Notes: generated from the sequence alone by a model not told the origin. A stretch of 64,000 nucleotides of DNA from the human T2T-CHM13v2.0 reference genome, Homo sapiens (GCF_009914755.1 NC_060947.1), one strand, 5' to 3'. Positions 1 through 16,330 are shown, counted from the stretch's first letter. Numbers and translations are program-made.

Positions 1-84
1 TTTAAAAATAATAGTAATAATAATAATAAACGTTTAGCTTTTTAGCCAGGTGTAGCATTTCCTAATTTGAAAATGTGCTATTCA

Positions 85-330
85 TTTTTTAAATAGACTA
101 TTTTGTAGAGCAGTTTTAGGCTTACAGAAAAAATTATGCAGAAATCTCAGAGTTCCCATATAATTTTCCTCTCCTTCAGAATTTCTCACATTATTAATAT
201 CTTGCATTAGGGTAGTACATTTTTTACTGTTGATGAAACAATATTAATAAATTATTATCCTTAAAGTCCATAGTTTATATCATGATTCAGCCTTTGTGTT
301 ATACAGTTTTATGGGTTTTAACAAATGTCT
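85..330 (-). mobile_element. Old LINE-1 3' end fragment (L1MC-like)
   Basis: gagcagttttaggcttacagaaaaa...cagagttcccatata...gttgatgaaacaatatt...aagtccatagttta resembles the reverse-strand L1MC 3' end. Recognised by eye. Confidence 0.6.
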
Positions 331-1264
331 TGTCTACTATATACTGATATTTGACTTATCCTTTGATGACAGTGTAATCATTCCTTACATGGTTCATTCA
401 TTCATTTCCTCATTTCATATATTTTTTCCTGTAACTATTTATTGAGTACTTCTTGTGGTAGGCATTCTGACAGATGCTAAAGGAAATTGCCAACCTACGC
501 ACACCCGATGATGATGTTGAGGTCATTTGTGAGAAAAGGCTTTAAAAGGGAATAACCTTTGCTGACAGAATGGTATGATAATCAGAATGGTACTGATTAC
601 TGGCTTAAAATTTCTACTTGTGAAGTGTTTCAATTAAAATAGGAGTAGCATGTTCCAATTATGCTTCAGACATTTATTTGCAGAGAAGTGCAGTGTGGGA
701 GCTATGTTAACTGGTGGCTGTACTGGGTATTTCTTTATCTCTTCCCTATTTTTTGTTTGTGATGAATATTTCTTTATATCTTCCCTGTTAGAAGCTGTCA
801 GCGGTATTCAAAAAAAGCAGTATTTTTCCTTGGAACTAACTATTCTGGGACAGTGTAAGCCAATGGGAAATTTTGACTTAATGAATTTCCCATTGTAAAC
901 TTTCGGCATTAAATCTGTTGATAGGTGCAAAAAAATTGTAATATTTACATATCTTTGATGGGGAAAACAGGGTTGATTTCTTTTTACCTAAACCAAGCAT
1001 TCCAAATAAATAAATACCAGTAGAAATGAAGAGTATAAATAGAAAACAATAGGAAGACTTAATAAGACTTAATTGAGTTAATTCATCTTTCTTTCTGGTT
1101 CTGTCATTCCTTTTCTCTTTAGTTGTAAGATTATACATTGACTAGCTAGCAGTGATGCCTTCAGGCTAGACATTAGTATACGTTTTTGGTAGGTTCTTAT
1201 ATAATCTGCCAACTATTACTCTTGCAGAGGTTATTTATTATTATTTTTTGTAACAGTTTAATTG

Positions 1265-1430
1265 AGAGTATATTATTTGAAGCTAGACTATCGGAGTTTA
1301 AATCCTGGCTGCCATGCCACCAGGGGCAGGTGTCTTAACCTCTCTAAATCTCAGTTTCATCTGTCATTATAATAATACTTTTTTAACATGGATGTTAGTA
1401 TGATTAAATTGATGTACATGCAAACCAGTT
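1265..1430 (+). mobile_element. MIR fragment
   Basis: MIR core-like sequence: gtttaaatcctggct...cttaacctctctaaatctcagtttcatctg. Confidence 0.6.
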
Positions 1431-3649
1431 CCATTAATCACTGCTTAGAATTTGTTGTGATGATTATATTGTAAGAGACCAAGTTGAAGTTCTTCTTGAT
1501 CTATAAATGTATTTCTAATGTTTCTTAGATGAATTTGTTGAACATTAAAGAGATTTCCTTTCATGGCTAATGGCTGTGCTTTGAAAATTTTCATATTAAA
1601 TGTAGAACTATAATCCTCTTTCTGTGTAGATTGTGAAGCTAGTACTTTATTTTCTTTCTCTCAGGCTTCTGATTTATGTTTTCATTGAGTGAATATCAGA
1701 CCATTGCTAATGTCATAAAATAAAATCCAGAAAATAGATGAGTCACTCATTGAAAATAAAATCTGATCAGAAATCCTTTGACTGTGTTACATTTTAAGAT
1801 AATGAATGCTTGGTTTTTGAGTTTTACTATCATACCAACTTTTCCCATGTGTGCATGTGTGTATACATGTGTATGCATATCAGAAAAACTGAAATACTAT
1901 TTCTGCTCAATTCTATTTTGTGAAGTCAATCCAACTTTTATAGTCCCATAAATATCAAATAAATGAAATAATTATTGTCACTAAAGTGGAGAAACTATTG
2001 CTTCTTCTTATCTTGTTTATTTTGTTTGCTACTTAAATTGACATTGAGGCAAATTTTAAGTGAGTTTATGTTGTGAAACCCTGCTAAAATTTAGAACTCA
2101 CTGTAGTTTGTTAAAATATGTAAAAATCCATTTTAAGTAAGTATGAAATCCATTGAAGATACTTTTATTTTTTAAGCAACCTTGGAGTGTAGATTTTAAA
2201 GAATACTTGTCTGGCAATATCCATAGCTTAAAATATGTAGACATGAATACCGATAGTTGAAAATTAACTTATTTAACCATTTGAAAATGAGATTTATTTT
2301 GTTTTATCCAGTGAAAAATACAAAACCAAGTAGACATTGTTTTTTGGTTAAAAAGGTCACAAATTTATGACTGTATATGTTACTGGGATTAGAAGTGTTT
2401 TCCCTATTGGTAGTTTATCAAGTGAGTGAATACCTTTCTGTGAATGTGAACAAGCTTCACCAATTTTAGCAGTTCAATTTTAGAGAAGCTGTGATGAGTT
2501 ATTTTGCACAAAAGGCTTTATCTTTCAAACTGCTTTGCTATCTTTGCTTGACAGAGAGAGGATTTGATGACTTTTTCAAAACTCCCCTTTACTGCTTCAC
2601 CTGAGTAATGTTTTAGTTGCCGTGTAATAAAAATGGAGCTGAGAATTGAAAGGCCAAAGCAGAGGGAGTTTTATAGCTTGGGATCTTTTAAGTTTCATGG
2701 ATTTATTTTGTATTTATATCCTGGGGGGGATGTACATTCTGATATTGCTCAGTTTTTGTCTGTTGGGGAAGTCAGTTGTCCAAAATAGCACTGTATTTTC
2801 TAATATAAAAAGAGTAATGATTTGCCTTTTGTGAAGGATAATTTTAATGGTACATTGCAGAGATTTAGTTGGGGAGAAATTATAGGCATTATTTTAATAT
2901 TTATAAAGTATTTTGAGGGCCATGCAAGAAGGCTGCATGTAAGTACACTACCAATAAAGTAACACCACTAATACAATTGAGATACTAAAAAAAGAAAAAA
3001 TATATACTTACCATCTAGTGAGCAGAGACTTTCTTTCCCTAATTTGCATTTAGAAAGCTCTAAATTAAAATGCTAAAAGGAAGACAAACAATTTCAGCAC
3101 ATGCTGCTGGTTTTGTAAATACAACTTGCTGACTTGATATAATTTTAAATGAATACTCTTGACATTAAGACATCATGCTTTCTGATCATGTATTGGTAAG
3201 CCACAGAACAACAGAAATAAGCTTGAAATGGGCATAGTTTTTACCATAGTGTAACTTTAATTGCATGCTTTTATATCTTCAAATTAATTTTTGACATCGC
3301 TATACAGAAATAGACTTGTACAAAGAAAAATGAATAACTTGCTTATCTACAAGAGTGTCATTTTACTTGTGAACCATTGTAACAGGTTTTTTGTTTGAGC
3401 ATACAACAAACAAAATATGTAATGTTGTTTTATCTTCCAAAAATACATTGCTGTATAATAAGAAATTGTCATTTTGCAATAAAAGAAAAATCCACCAAAC
3501 TGGTATATATGTGATTTATTTTTTTTTTGGTCAAACCCTGTAAGTGACAAATTTGACATTTAATGCTATATTGTAAACTATCAGGTATCTTTTTTTCTTG
3601 CTTGTTAACATAGCTATTTCTCACGTTTTCTCTTCTTCAACTTCTTTCA

Positions 3650-4385
3650 TGCCTCACCTCTAAATCCCCAAAGTACACACCACACAAACACTTAGAGAAA
3701 CATAAACATGCACATGTTTGATGACCTACCTCATAATTCATTAACAAATCTAGAAGCACTCCATCAAGAGCCCCTTCATATTCCCTTGCAAAATCTATCA
3801 AATTGTCCTGTATCTTTATTGATATTATTTCCTGTTACCATGGACAGAAAGAGTCCCTGTACCTATGGAAGAGCAATCTGTCCACTTGTGCCCTGGTTCC
3901 CATTCCTCAGTGATTTAGCTCCTTTCTCCATGCCATATTTATTTTCTCCTTCTCAACTGGGGATCATTTTCAGCAGCATACTAACATGCTCTAGTGTCTC
4001 TTCTCTTGATAGAAAGAACCACTCTCGACCTCATAGCTCACTCCAACTATTCCCTATCTCTCTGCTTCTCAGAGAGCAAAGCCCCTTGAAAAATTTCTCT
4101 ATTATTCTATTAGTCACTGTCTTACATTGTCATCTCACTCTCAGTCCCTTCCGATTGAACTTTCATGTTCATCATTCCACAGAGTCTACTCTTCTTAAGA
4201 ACTCCAGTGACCTTCCATGTTTGTGGCTCAATTATTATTTTAACCTCTCAGCAGCATTTTATATATTTGACCATTCCCTCTTTCTTAAAGGAAACTATGA
4301 TATTGGTTCTCATGACTTCATACTCTCCTGGGTTTCCTCCCTCACTAGCCCACTCTTTCTCAATTTGCTTTGTTCACTGCTTTAA
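3650..4385 (+). mobile_element. LINE-2 ORF2 (reverse transcriptase) remnant
   Basis: Pyrimidine-rich. ORF 3708-4385 ends in HHSTESTLLK..SDL...NLSAAFYIFDHSLFL.....G.....LSW, a degenerate form of the L2/CR1 RT motifs HSTETALLKV.NDL and DLSAAFDTVDH.LLL. Confidence 0.75.
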
Positions 4386-4394
4386 TTGGTTTTC

Positions 4395-6450
<2,056 letters not shown>

Positions 6451-6826
6451 GCTGAATTATGCTACCTAATACTTATTTCTGTCAACAGGATCATATGAAA
6501 ATGAAATATTGGCAAACCAATTACTTTATAGAACGATGACTGAATGAAAATCACTTCATGCATTGTTAGAGATAGCCCAATGAAAATGGATTCCGTTGTG
6601 TTTATCTAGTTCAGATAGTACATTTAATGAGAACAGTTTAAGTGGAATGACATTTATGGTGGTTAGCCATGATTATAATGAATTTTTGAAGCGTAGTCAG
6701 TTAGGCATATATAGTACCCTTTATCTATAAATTCATGTTTTAAAATAAATATATATATATATAATTATAATCTGTGTTAAACACTTCAGATATACAAGTT
6801 AAAACAGCTTAAGGGATAAAATAGGC

Positions 6827-6857
<31 letters not shown>

Positions 6858-7349
6858 GTTCATAGTAACACTATATAAAGGATTTACTTGAAACATTTCA
6901 GTTTGCTCAAGTTAGCCAAGTATATACTTTGGCAGGTGACAAGGCTCAATAGGAGTCCTTGTGTTTTAAGTCTTGGTTCTCTGTGACCGTGTGACCTCAG
7001 TTCCATAAACCAAAAAATCAAATGGTTGTATTAGGTACTTTTAAGGGATCCTCTGACTTTGTTCTATGATTCTAACAAAAAGAAATTTGAAATATTTGTG
7101 TGGAAATTGTATCTTAGCTTTTATCATTGACATCATAATATTATGTGGTATATATCTCTGTACCCCCTTTATATAAGATTCTAAGCTATTGGTGATGGTG
7201 TGATTTAATACTTCCGGTTTTCCTTTTATTCTGTAATATAATTTAAATAGGTATTAAATAGGTATTCAAATGATTTCCTTTCAAGCAAGACCAGGAAAAC
7301 AGCATAATATAGTACACTGAGAAACACCAAGAAAGACCAGTTATACATT

Positions 7350-8325
7350 ACCTTGTATTTGTAAATCATTTCAAACCTACAGAAATTGCAAGATTAAGAA
7401 TACTACAAAGAACACTTGTATATATCCTTTACCCTACTCAACTACTGTTAAGCTCCTTTTTCTCCTTCTCTCTTTCCCTCTTCCTTAACCCTCTTCCCTC
7501 TCTTTTCCTGCCTTCTTTCCTTCCAATCTCCATCTCCATCTCTATTTCTTCTTCAGCCTCATTTAATGTGGAACATTTCCACAGCCATTCTTTGTCTTTT
7601 ATGACATCAACAATTTGAGAAATATAAATCTCCTTTTTAGAAACATAGCATTCCTTATGATTAGATTCAGGATATATGTTCTTAGCCAGAATTCAGCATA
7701 GGTGATACTATATGAGGTATACACCTGGAGGTACTCACTATCTGTCCACCTCTCATTGGAGAAGTCAGTTTTCGATTAAAGTATTATGTAATTTCTCTAG
7801 TGTCTAATTAACTCTTTTTTTCCTTGGAATTAATAAGCAGTCTGTAGGAAGACACTTTAAGACCATGCACATATCTTGCTCCTCATCAAAATGTTCCCCT
7901 AGGTTATCTAACATTTATCATAATGGTTGTAAAATGATACGTGGCCAATTACAGTACTCCTTCCACAAATAGCGGTTGGCACTCAGCATTCTACTGTAAG
8001 CAAGACCTCTCCTTTCTCATCTATTATTTTTACTTATTGATAGATTTATTATTAGTATGAACTTATAAATTCCCATTTTTCAATGGTTTATAGTTCGTTA
8101 CTGCAATGCATTACTTGGTGCTAAATTTTTGCCAGATTTAGCCAGTGAGAGCTCCCTCAAGCTGTTCCTGTGAAATGCCTACATTTTTTTTTTTTAGCAC
8201 TACCTTACTTTTTGACATACAAAGACATTTTAGTTTCATCTTGTAGCTACTCTCGCACAATCTTCTTTTTTAGTGGGAAATTGTACCTGGATGCTAGGTG
8301 TGTGCTCATTGCTACTGGAATGCAA
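7350..8325 (-). mobile_element. L1MC4/5-like 3' fragments
   Basis: tcatttcaaacctacagaaattgcaag...agaacacttgtatata, gccagtgagagctccctcaagctg and gctaggtgtgtgctcattgctactgg are typical of L1MC antisense sequence. Confidence 0.6.
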
Positions 8326-11244
8326 GGAAAGGCAAGTTACTTTTAAGTTAACAGACAACAAACATTAAAAATGTAATTAGGGCATGACTTTTTAGCCATA
8401 TCATAGGATTGTACTTTTATATATGTCTCATCGGTTTGATGCAGGTGAGAGGTAATTTTGAGCCCATATATAGTAGCCTAATTATAATTAATAATTTTAA
8501 TTTTTTAAAGTAATAATGTGTGAGGTGAAGGAGTAGCAAATACTTACTTTCCCTAACATAAGAAAAATACCATTAATTGATCTAACGGCCATATATTCAT
8601 ACTCTAGTTGAGTTGCCTCAGTGACTCACTTAATAAAATAAGAAATTAAAATGTCAAATAGAATTCGACAAGAGATTTTAAGGAGAAAACAGAGTCTGTT
8701 TCTACCTCAGAAAGTTAGTTAAACAGTAGCTTCAATCATCTGCTATGGAGTACTACAGGTGAAGAAAACAATTCTTGATATTTGTTTATATTTTCAACTT
8801 TAAAAATCAGATTATGGGGTTTCATAGAGTTTACTCAAGGTGTGGTAGTTCTTTGATGTTTTTAAAAATATATCTTTATTGTAGTTGGGACATAATATTG
8901 AAGAAACTAATTTCTACATGTTCAATGAATTGAATAATTCAAAATTCAATTCAGAACTCATACACTCAGTGTTCTCCTTTATTTTGATATCACTCATGTT
9001 TATTTTAAATCCTTTTCTCTTCCTAAGCATCTAATTTTTTCCCTTCATTCTTGTATTACTTTATAAGTGATCTTATTACAAATAAGCATACACTGAGTCA
9101 TTGCAACAGAAAAGTGCTTCATATACTGAGTTGCTTTCTGTTGCACTTGATATATTAATTGTGCACTTACTATATATGCAAGCACTGTGCAGGCAGCTCT
9201 ATTTCTTTAAAAGTTACTTAAATTACTGGTGCTTCCAATGAAGCTGGTGGTAGGGTCTGTTCCCTATCTCCAAACTATTAGACCAGCTTGTCAGATGTAT
9301 TACTCATTAGGTTGCTAAGGCGTAAAGTCAGAATTTCAGATTTATAACATGGTGACATTTGATGTTTTTCTTTTGTTTATTATCAGTGCTGTATCTGATG
9401 GTGGAAACAACTATACTTTTAAATCTTCTGTCTCAAAATGTATTCTTCCTAAAATTTCATATTTTTAACCATTAAATTTTCTCTAAAATATATCTTAGAA
9501 TTGATGGTATACCTTTCCCCCCTTTATCATGACAGTGATGATCAAATCCTTGCTTTGTGAAATATTTTCTTGACATATTTGAACTGGGTAGTTTTTTTAA
9601 ATAAGTGCTGTTTTTTGAGTCATCTTTTCCTTTTGTTGCCTTTTGCTTTATGAATAATCATGTATTCTCACTTGGTTCATTAAGTAGTAGTAGCATAATG
9701 ATGAGAGTATATTAAAAGAATTTATTTTAGATTGACCCAATCTATGTGAGACATCAACAACACACAAATAATAGAACCACGTTTTTTTGTTTTTTTTTTT
9801 TTTTCCTCTTCTGGAAAGAAACTACTCTTACTACTAACATTGAAACTAGAGTCATCCTTGGACTTTATTCAAATGTGTCAGTTTTGGAAACCATACAAAG
9901 ATGTTCGCTTTAGCTTAAGGGAACAGAAGAACTTTGTTATGCTCTTTGAGTGTTACATTAAACTAGATCATTGCCTGAGGAGCCTATTTAATATGTCCAT
10001 CTGATTTATGATTTTTTTTGTAGTCCTTTTTCCTTTGATTTGTCTTATCTTTGGAAAAGTTGGCATTTATTTCTCTTTTATTTTTTACATGCTCTCAATG
10101 AATATCTATACATTCATTACTTTCAGAAATATTGCTTGCTGAACTTAAATTATTTGGAATATTGTGTTTTGAGTTTGCAATCACGGAGTGAAGGTGGTAA
10201 CATTGTTTCTAGGTTTACAGAATGATTTTGTTAAAAGTATCACTTTCTGTAAATACCTTAGATACCATATAGAATTTAGCTTTTGGTCTTATATAATAGT
10301 TAGAACACTATAAATGTAAGTAAGTTTTTATTCTCATTGTTATTATTGATTCAAAGAGACTTTAAATTTCTACAGCAAATCACATTTTATCCCTTTCTGG
10401 ACATCTACTATCATTAAGGTGATATCAAAGACTGAATAAAATATTTAAGTCATTAAGATTTTAATTCTTAATTATGCAATCTCCCTTGCCAGGGCTATTA
10501 ACTTTTATAATACAGGGAGGGTAGAAATTCAGCAGAGACATTCATTTATTTTCTTTTATGAACAAGGCTGTATAGTTTGCATTTTTTCCAGGTGGTTTGG
10601 GGAATATTTAAATAGATCACACAGCTGCTGGCTTGGTGGGTTTGGGGGGTGTGTTTAGCAGATGCTTCCAGAATCTGGAATTTGAAGTATTCTTAATTTT
10701 ATCTAGAGATGCAGATATCTATTCTCTGGTTTAATTTGTCAGGGGATGACTACTTCTTTGATGTCTTAGTGATATATAACTGTCTTGCTTTGTTTTTTTT
10801 TCTTTTTTTTTTTAATTGGCCACTCACCTCAAGCAATTTTAACAGCTCAGAGGATATATTTACTATAGCCTTTAATAATTAGATGGCTATTCCTATTAAA
10901 TAGCTGAATGTATTTTTAAGGATAATGTGGGGTTCTTTAATTAGCTTGATAGTTTACCTATAAGAAGGAAAATGAAAACTGCAGCCAGCTGCATTTCCAC
11001 AGCTCATTTCTGTGTAAGAAGCACGTATCTGGGCTAAAGAAGTATCACTTTCTTCATTTAATCTGAGATGAGACAACATGTGAAGAACTTGGAGCAATCT
11101 GATTTTTTGAAAATCTTTTCTCTCATTAGCTGTTTTGCTCAAAAATAAAAGCTGTCAAACAGCAGGAATTTGAGATGCTCATGATTGTGTTTATAGGCCT
11201 TCAATATAGTATTTACTGAATATAAGTGCTTGTTAAAGCCAATT

Positions 11245-11990
11245 TATCTGTTAATTCAAACAATTTATTGAACACCTATTATACAAAAGATACTTTGCTA
11301 AGTATTTTTGAGGACTATAGATGACTAAGCTAGACTTGGACCCTTACATGTAGGAGCTTAATGTTCAAGAATAAGACGTGTTCAACTATACCAAACATGA
11401 AAGTCCTAAAAGTGAAATAGAGATGAAGTGATACTGATTTACAAGGAATGAGAGCAGGGAAGACAAGGAGAGACATGGGCGTCATCATGGAAGCAGAGGT
11501 AATTGAGCTGTGCCTTTACAGCTGAGTAGATTTAGACATTTAATACTATGTTTGAGGGTGGGGGAAAGATATTTTCAGCAGAATAAATTGTATATTGAAA
11601 ACCCTGGTGCTTCTAATGTCATATTCCCAGGCAATAGTAGGTATATAACATGTGGGTAGACTACAAGTTTCGTGTTGGAGATGGGGGAAGCAGGGGTACC
11701 TTTAGGGGAAATGGCAGAAAATGGTGTTAAAAAGGCAAGATTGAGCTGGATTATGAGGTCCCTTAAATGCTAGTCTAAGAAATTCAGACTTTAATTGTTA
11801 AGAAATTTGGAAGCATTGAGGGATCTTAGAAGCCAGACAGGAGCAGAGCTGTATTTAAGGAAGTCAAATGGAAGAGTATAAGATGAGAGGGCCTGAGAGT
11901 CTGAATAGGCATAATGCCTTTGGGAATGAAGATGAGAAGAATAAGAGCACAAATGCTGAGTTAGAATCTCTAGGAGTAGGGAATTTATTA
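11245..11990 (-). mobile_element. LINE-2 3' end
   Basis: attcaaacaatttattgaacacctatt is the L2 3' terminus on the antisense strand, followed by a purine-rich body. Confidence 0.65.
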
Positions 11991-13559
11991 TTGTTGTGCA
12001 ATAGGGTATAGGGAAGAGTTAAATATGATTTTATATTAAACATGCTTATTATTTCTTGTACATTTATCTGTGGGACTATTTTAGGGCCTAGCATGAGGGT
12101 TGATATCCTTCAGAGGAGATTTATGTTTGCTTTTGCTGGGTTGCAAAACCAACCTAGGCTGATGTTAATATTTTTGGCTTAAGGTTTTCTTTTTTTTAAA
12201 GACTCTTGAGGAGCTATGAATTCAGGCTGCATGAAGGCTGGCTTTGGACTAGGAAATTATCAGAGAAGATTTTTACTTTCTCCATCCAGCACCAAGGTTT
12301 GTTATGGGCAATTTTCTTTTCAGGCCCCATGAGAGATGAGCAAGTTTATTTCTAATTTACTGTTAAACTGAGGTGTGATCCTCTGGGGTTTGTAGGACCA
12401 TTACCTATTACTCTTTCCACTTTGATTAGGCCCTAGGCTTGGTTTCTATTGCCCCATACTTGAGGCCTTGAAAACTGATGCTCAAGTTCATCTGGGTTCA
12501 GAATATTCACTCAAGGTCAAAGCTGACTCCACTGATATTTATCTCTCTAAGTTTATCTTTCACTTAGTTTTTGGCCTCCAGGTATTCCTTACTTTCTTGC
12601 CAGGTTATCTGTACGTTTTAAATTATTTTTTTAAATATTCATCATGTTCAGTTCTCTTCACAGGTAGTTGATATCAGGGTACATATTCTATCATACTTTC
12701 AGGAACAGAAATTAAGGTGACCCCTTCTTACATGGACATGTGACATCTCAGAATGACTTTATTCTTGTTATAGTTTCCTAAACATGAGATATTGGTACTA
12801 GAATACAGAAATTATGGTACCTGGCCTTTTCTGATGTAACTTAGTTTTTTATTAATACTCATTTTTAGAATAGGGAAACACGCTATTATAACTACCTATT
12901 GAAGAATCAGAGTGATTCAGGAGGTGATTTCATGGGCAAGAACTATGTTCTGTCGATAGTTCAAGTTTCCAGTCCCTCTTTCACACAATTCTTCCCTTCT
13001 CCATTCACAAAAGAAATACCTTAAAAGAGAAAAGTCTAAGAAAAAAATCAATACAGTCTACACAGATCATTATCTTATTAATGGACCTTTAGTAATGAAT
13101 GTACATGTGCTTTGTGTGGATATATGTGATTTTTGATTTTTCAGTTCAGGACTAGAGGGCATTGAATGAAAGCTGCCTGCATGCAGTCACTTCAGGCTCT
13201 AGGATCACCCACAGTGGCTCTGCTTATCATATAGAGTGACTTGACATTGTAGGATTTTGCCATAGGAAAATCTGTCTTAGTTTTATCTGCCACCAGTAAT
13301 GGGTTTTACCAGGGAAACACATATGTCAGCTGTTAAGTTTCATAGTAGTGATGGAAATTGAAAACATAATCATAGATTAGCCATTTTTAAGTGTAATATG
13401 CACCAATGAATGACTGTGACATCTTAAATGCATTTTGTTTATAGATATAGAGGTTGAAGGTCAATAACTGGAAAGGCTGGCCTTTAATTTGTTAGATTAG
13501 GATACAATTTAGTTTCTAACATGTATAATTTAAGAATTTTTACAGTTTGGCAATATAGT

Positions 13560-15110
13560 TCTTTCACTGAATTCAATAAGCTTTATTTTCATTGTCTACT
13601 ATGTGTCAAATTGGTACTACTTTCTAGTGATATAACGATGATCAAGATATTGCTGATGGCTTTGAGTGACTCACACTTAATGGAGGAGCCAGATATCTAA
13701 ACTAATGATAGTGCAGTATATTAAGTGCTACATCCAAGATAGGGAGAAAACTCTGTAGAGGCCCAGAGGAGGGAATAATTAATTCTGCTTGGAAGAGTTC
13801 AGGAAGGCATCTCAAAGGAGATGGCATTTTAGCCTAGCCAAATGTGTTCAGGTTGAGAAGGAATGGAATATAAAAAACATTCAACAAAGGTATTCCGCAA
13901 AGGTATACAGCCTTGGGATGTCCTGATTTTGTCTAATAGTGAGTAATCTGGTTTGGGTAGAGCATTGGGACACCAGGGTGCTATTAAGTTAATTTGGAGC
14001 CAGATTTTAAAAGGTACTAAATTCCCTACTTATTACTTAAGCTTTATCATCTACATAGGGAGAAAAAATAAGGATAAGTAATAATATCTTAACATTTTAA
14101 AAAGATAACCCCAGTAATGAATGTGTAGAAGAAATTGGAGTAAAGGGGAGGAAAAAAATGCAAAACAAAACAAAAATCGGAGTGACTACTGTAATTTCAT
14201 AGCTCTTCTATACACCCTAATACATTGTTATAGCTGTTCATTTGTCCATCTGAAAGCAAAGACTGTGCTTTAATCTTTTCTTTCTTTTTAATTTTATTTA
14301 TTTATTTATTTATTTATTTGTTTATTTTAGCGACAGGGTCTTATTCCGTCACCCAGGCCGCCATACCTGGCTAGTTTAATTTTTTTTTTTTCACTTTTGT
14401 AAACATGAGGTCTTATTCTGTTGTCTGGGCTCAAAGGATCCTCCCGCCTCGGCCTCCCAAAGCGCTGGGATTACAGTTGTGAGCCACCACACCTGGCATT
14501 TAATCATTTTTGCATTTACATTGCTTGTATATGATCATGCATGTTATAACTGTAGAATAAGTGAATTAATGAATGAAAGATCTAAGCAATAATTATTGAG
14601 GGCTCTAAACAGGGCAGTAGAAATTTAGGCAGAATTTTGCAGGTAGAGGGCAGGCTTAGGGAGAGAAGATTCAAAAATGGCTTGAACATTTCTTATTTCT
14701 ATGCTATATATTTTGTTATGATGCCTTTCACTGGAGTAGGGAACAGACACAACACTTCTCAGGTAACTGAGAATGAGTTCATGTTGGAGCATATTTATTT
14801 GGAGGTCCTGTGGAAGAGATAAGAGTTGGATTTATGGGTCTGCAACCCAGAGGGAAAAACCTGGGCTGAAGATACAGATGCAAGAAACATAAGCACATAG
14901 ATTAATGATTGAAGTCAGGGTAGTGGATTGCACAGGGCAAAAAATATAAAGTAAAAAGGCTAGAGCATGGGGACTTTGGGGTCACTAATATATAAGGAGT
15001 AGGTAGAAGTAGAGAATACAATATGGAAAACAGACTAGTCAGAAGCATAGGATTGTTTATCAGAGAAGTCTGGTCTTTGAAGTCATTGAGAAGAAAGTTT
15101 CAAGAAAAAA
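13560..15110 (-). mobile_element. LINE-2 fragments with nested insertions
   Basis: ttcactgaattcaataagctttatt...ctactatgtgtca start, with L2 antisense motifs continuing to ~15110. Confidence 0.55.
14285..14497 (-). mobile_element. Internally deleted AluJ-like element with (TTTA)n tail
   Basis: gacagggtcttattccgtcacccagg...ctcaaaggatcctcccgcctcggcctcccaaagcgctgggattaca, flanked by tttaatc repeats. Confidence 0.85.
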
Positions 15111-16119
15111 ACTATTAGTAATTTAATAAATTCAGTAGCTTCCTATATCGATGTATATACATATAGGTAAATATGTAACATACTTATATTAATACAGAGT
15201 TGAATGATAGCAAGGTCACTCCTATCTGTTGTTATCAAATTTCAGATCTTAAACCAGTAGGACAATTTCTAGGAAGAACACTTCATGATTCATTTCTCAA
15301 CTAAGAGAATAGTGCTCTTATTTTTCTAGTGATCAGCTTGAAGTAGTTTTTTTCATTATGTGTGTTTATGCCTTGCAGTTTCATTGATTGCATACTTTAA
15401 AAGGTTTTAATGTGGCCAAGTATTGAGGATGTAGCTGTAAAAGCCTTTATGTGGTGGTAAACTCCAGCATTTAATAACTGCTAGAAATGCAACATCTTCT
15501 CTCTTATTGTATTTGACAGTTTTTTTGTTATTATTTTGATACTCTTTATTTTGCCAAGAGTTAACTCATTCCTAAAGGTATTTTATGCCAGGGAAATTTC
15601 ATTCCACTTTGTATAGTAGGCTAGGTTTTATATTAACCTTTGAGTGTGCATTTTTACTGTGGATTATACATTACTGGAATTACTTAAGCAAAATTCATAC
15701 TGAGATTCTTTATTTTAAAACTGATAATGACCATACGTATTAAAGGGCTAGCTCAGAAAACTGCCAGCAAATAATCATCTTTGCCTTTGGGAAATAATGA
15801 AGTCATTGCATCGTGCTTGAATTACCATAGACTATATCAGCAGATACACTCATTGATTCATTTCTGTTCTTTTTGTTAAACCAAATTTTTCTTTCATCGT
15901 TTTTAGTAATGTAATTTTCTATGTCTGGTATGCTTACCTGTAATTTGACAGAACCCCATTTCTTTGTATATCTCACTCTATTAGACTACATGTAGTGCAG
16001 TGTTTGTAGAGGGGGCCATTAACTAGGAATTGATATTTACAAAGGTGCCTATTAAGTGCCAGTCACTCTGCTTTGTTTTAAACATAGTTCACTTAATGAA
16101 ATGATAGGCAAATATACTA

Positions 16120-16330
16120 AGGGAGGGAATTTGTTGTAGTGGAATGAATATGCATTGAAAGCATAGGTTTGATCTAGGTTTGAATCCCAGATCTAATAGT
16201 CATTTGGTGGACGAAGTCACTTCACGGGTCTGAGCCGAAGCTTTTGTATGGTAAAAATGGGATCCTATCTTGAAGAGTTATTATGATAATTAAATTGTTG
16301 AGAGATACAATCTAAGATATTCATTAAATA
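16120..16330 (+). mobile_element. MIR
   Basis: gatctaggtttgaatcccagatct...aagtcacttcac...tctgagcc...gtaaaaatggg. Confidence 0.6.

Noticed and set aside
508-565. Possible C/D box snoRNA (ATGATGA ... CTGA)
   Set aside because: Only ~58 nt, with no terminal stem, no recognisable rRNA guide and no position near a 3' splice site.
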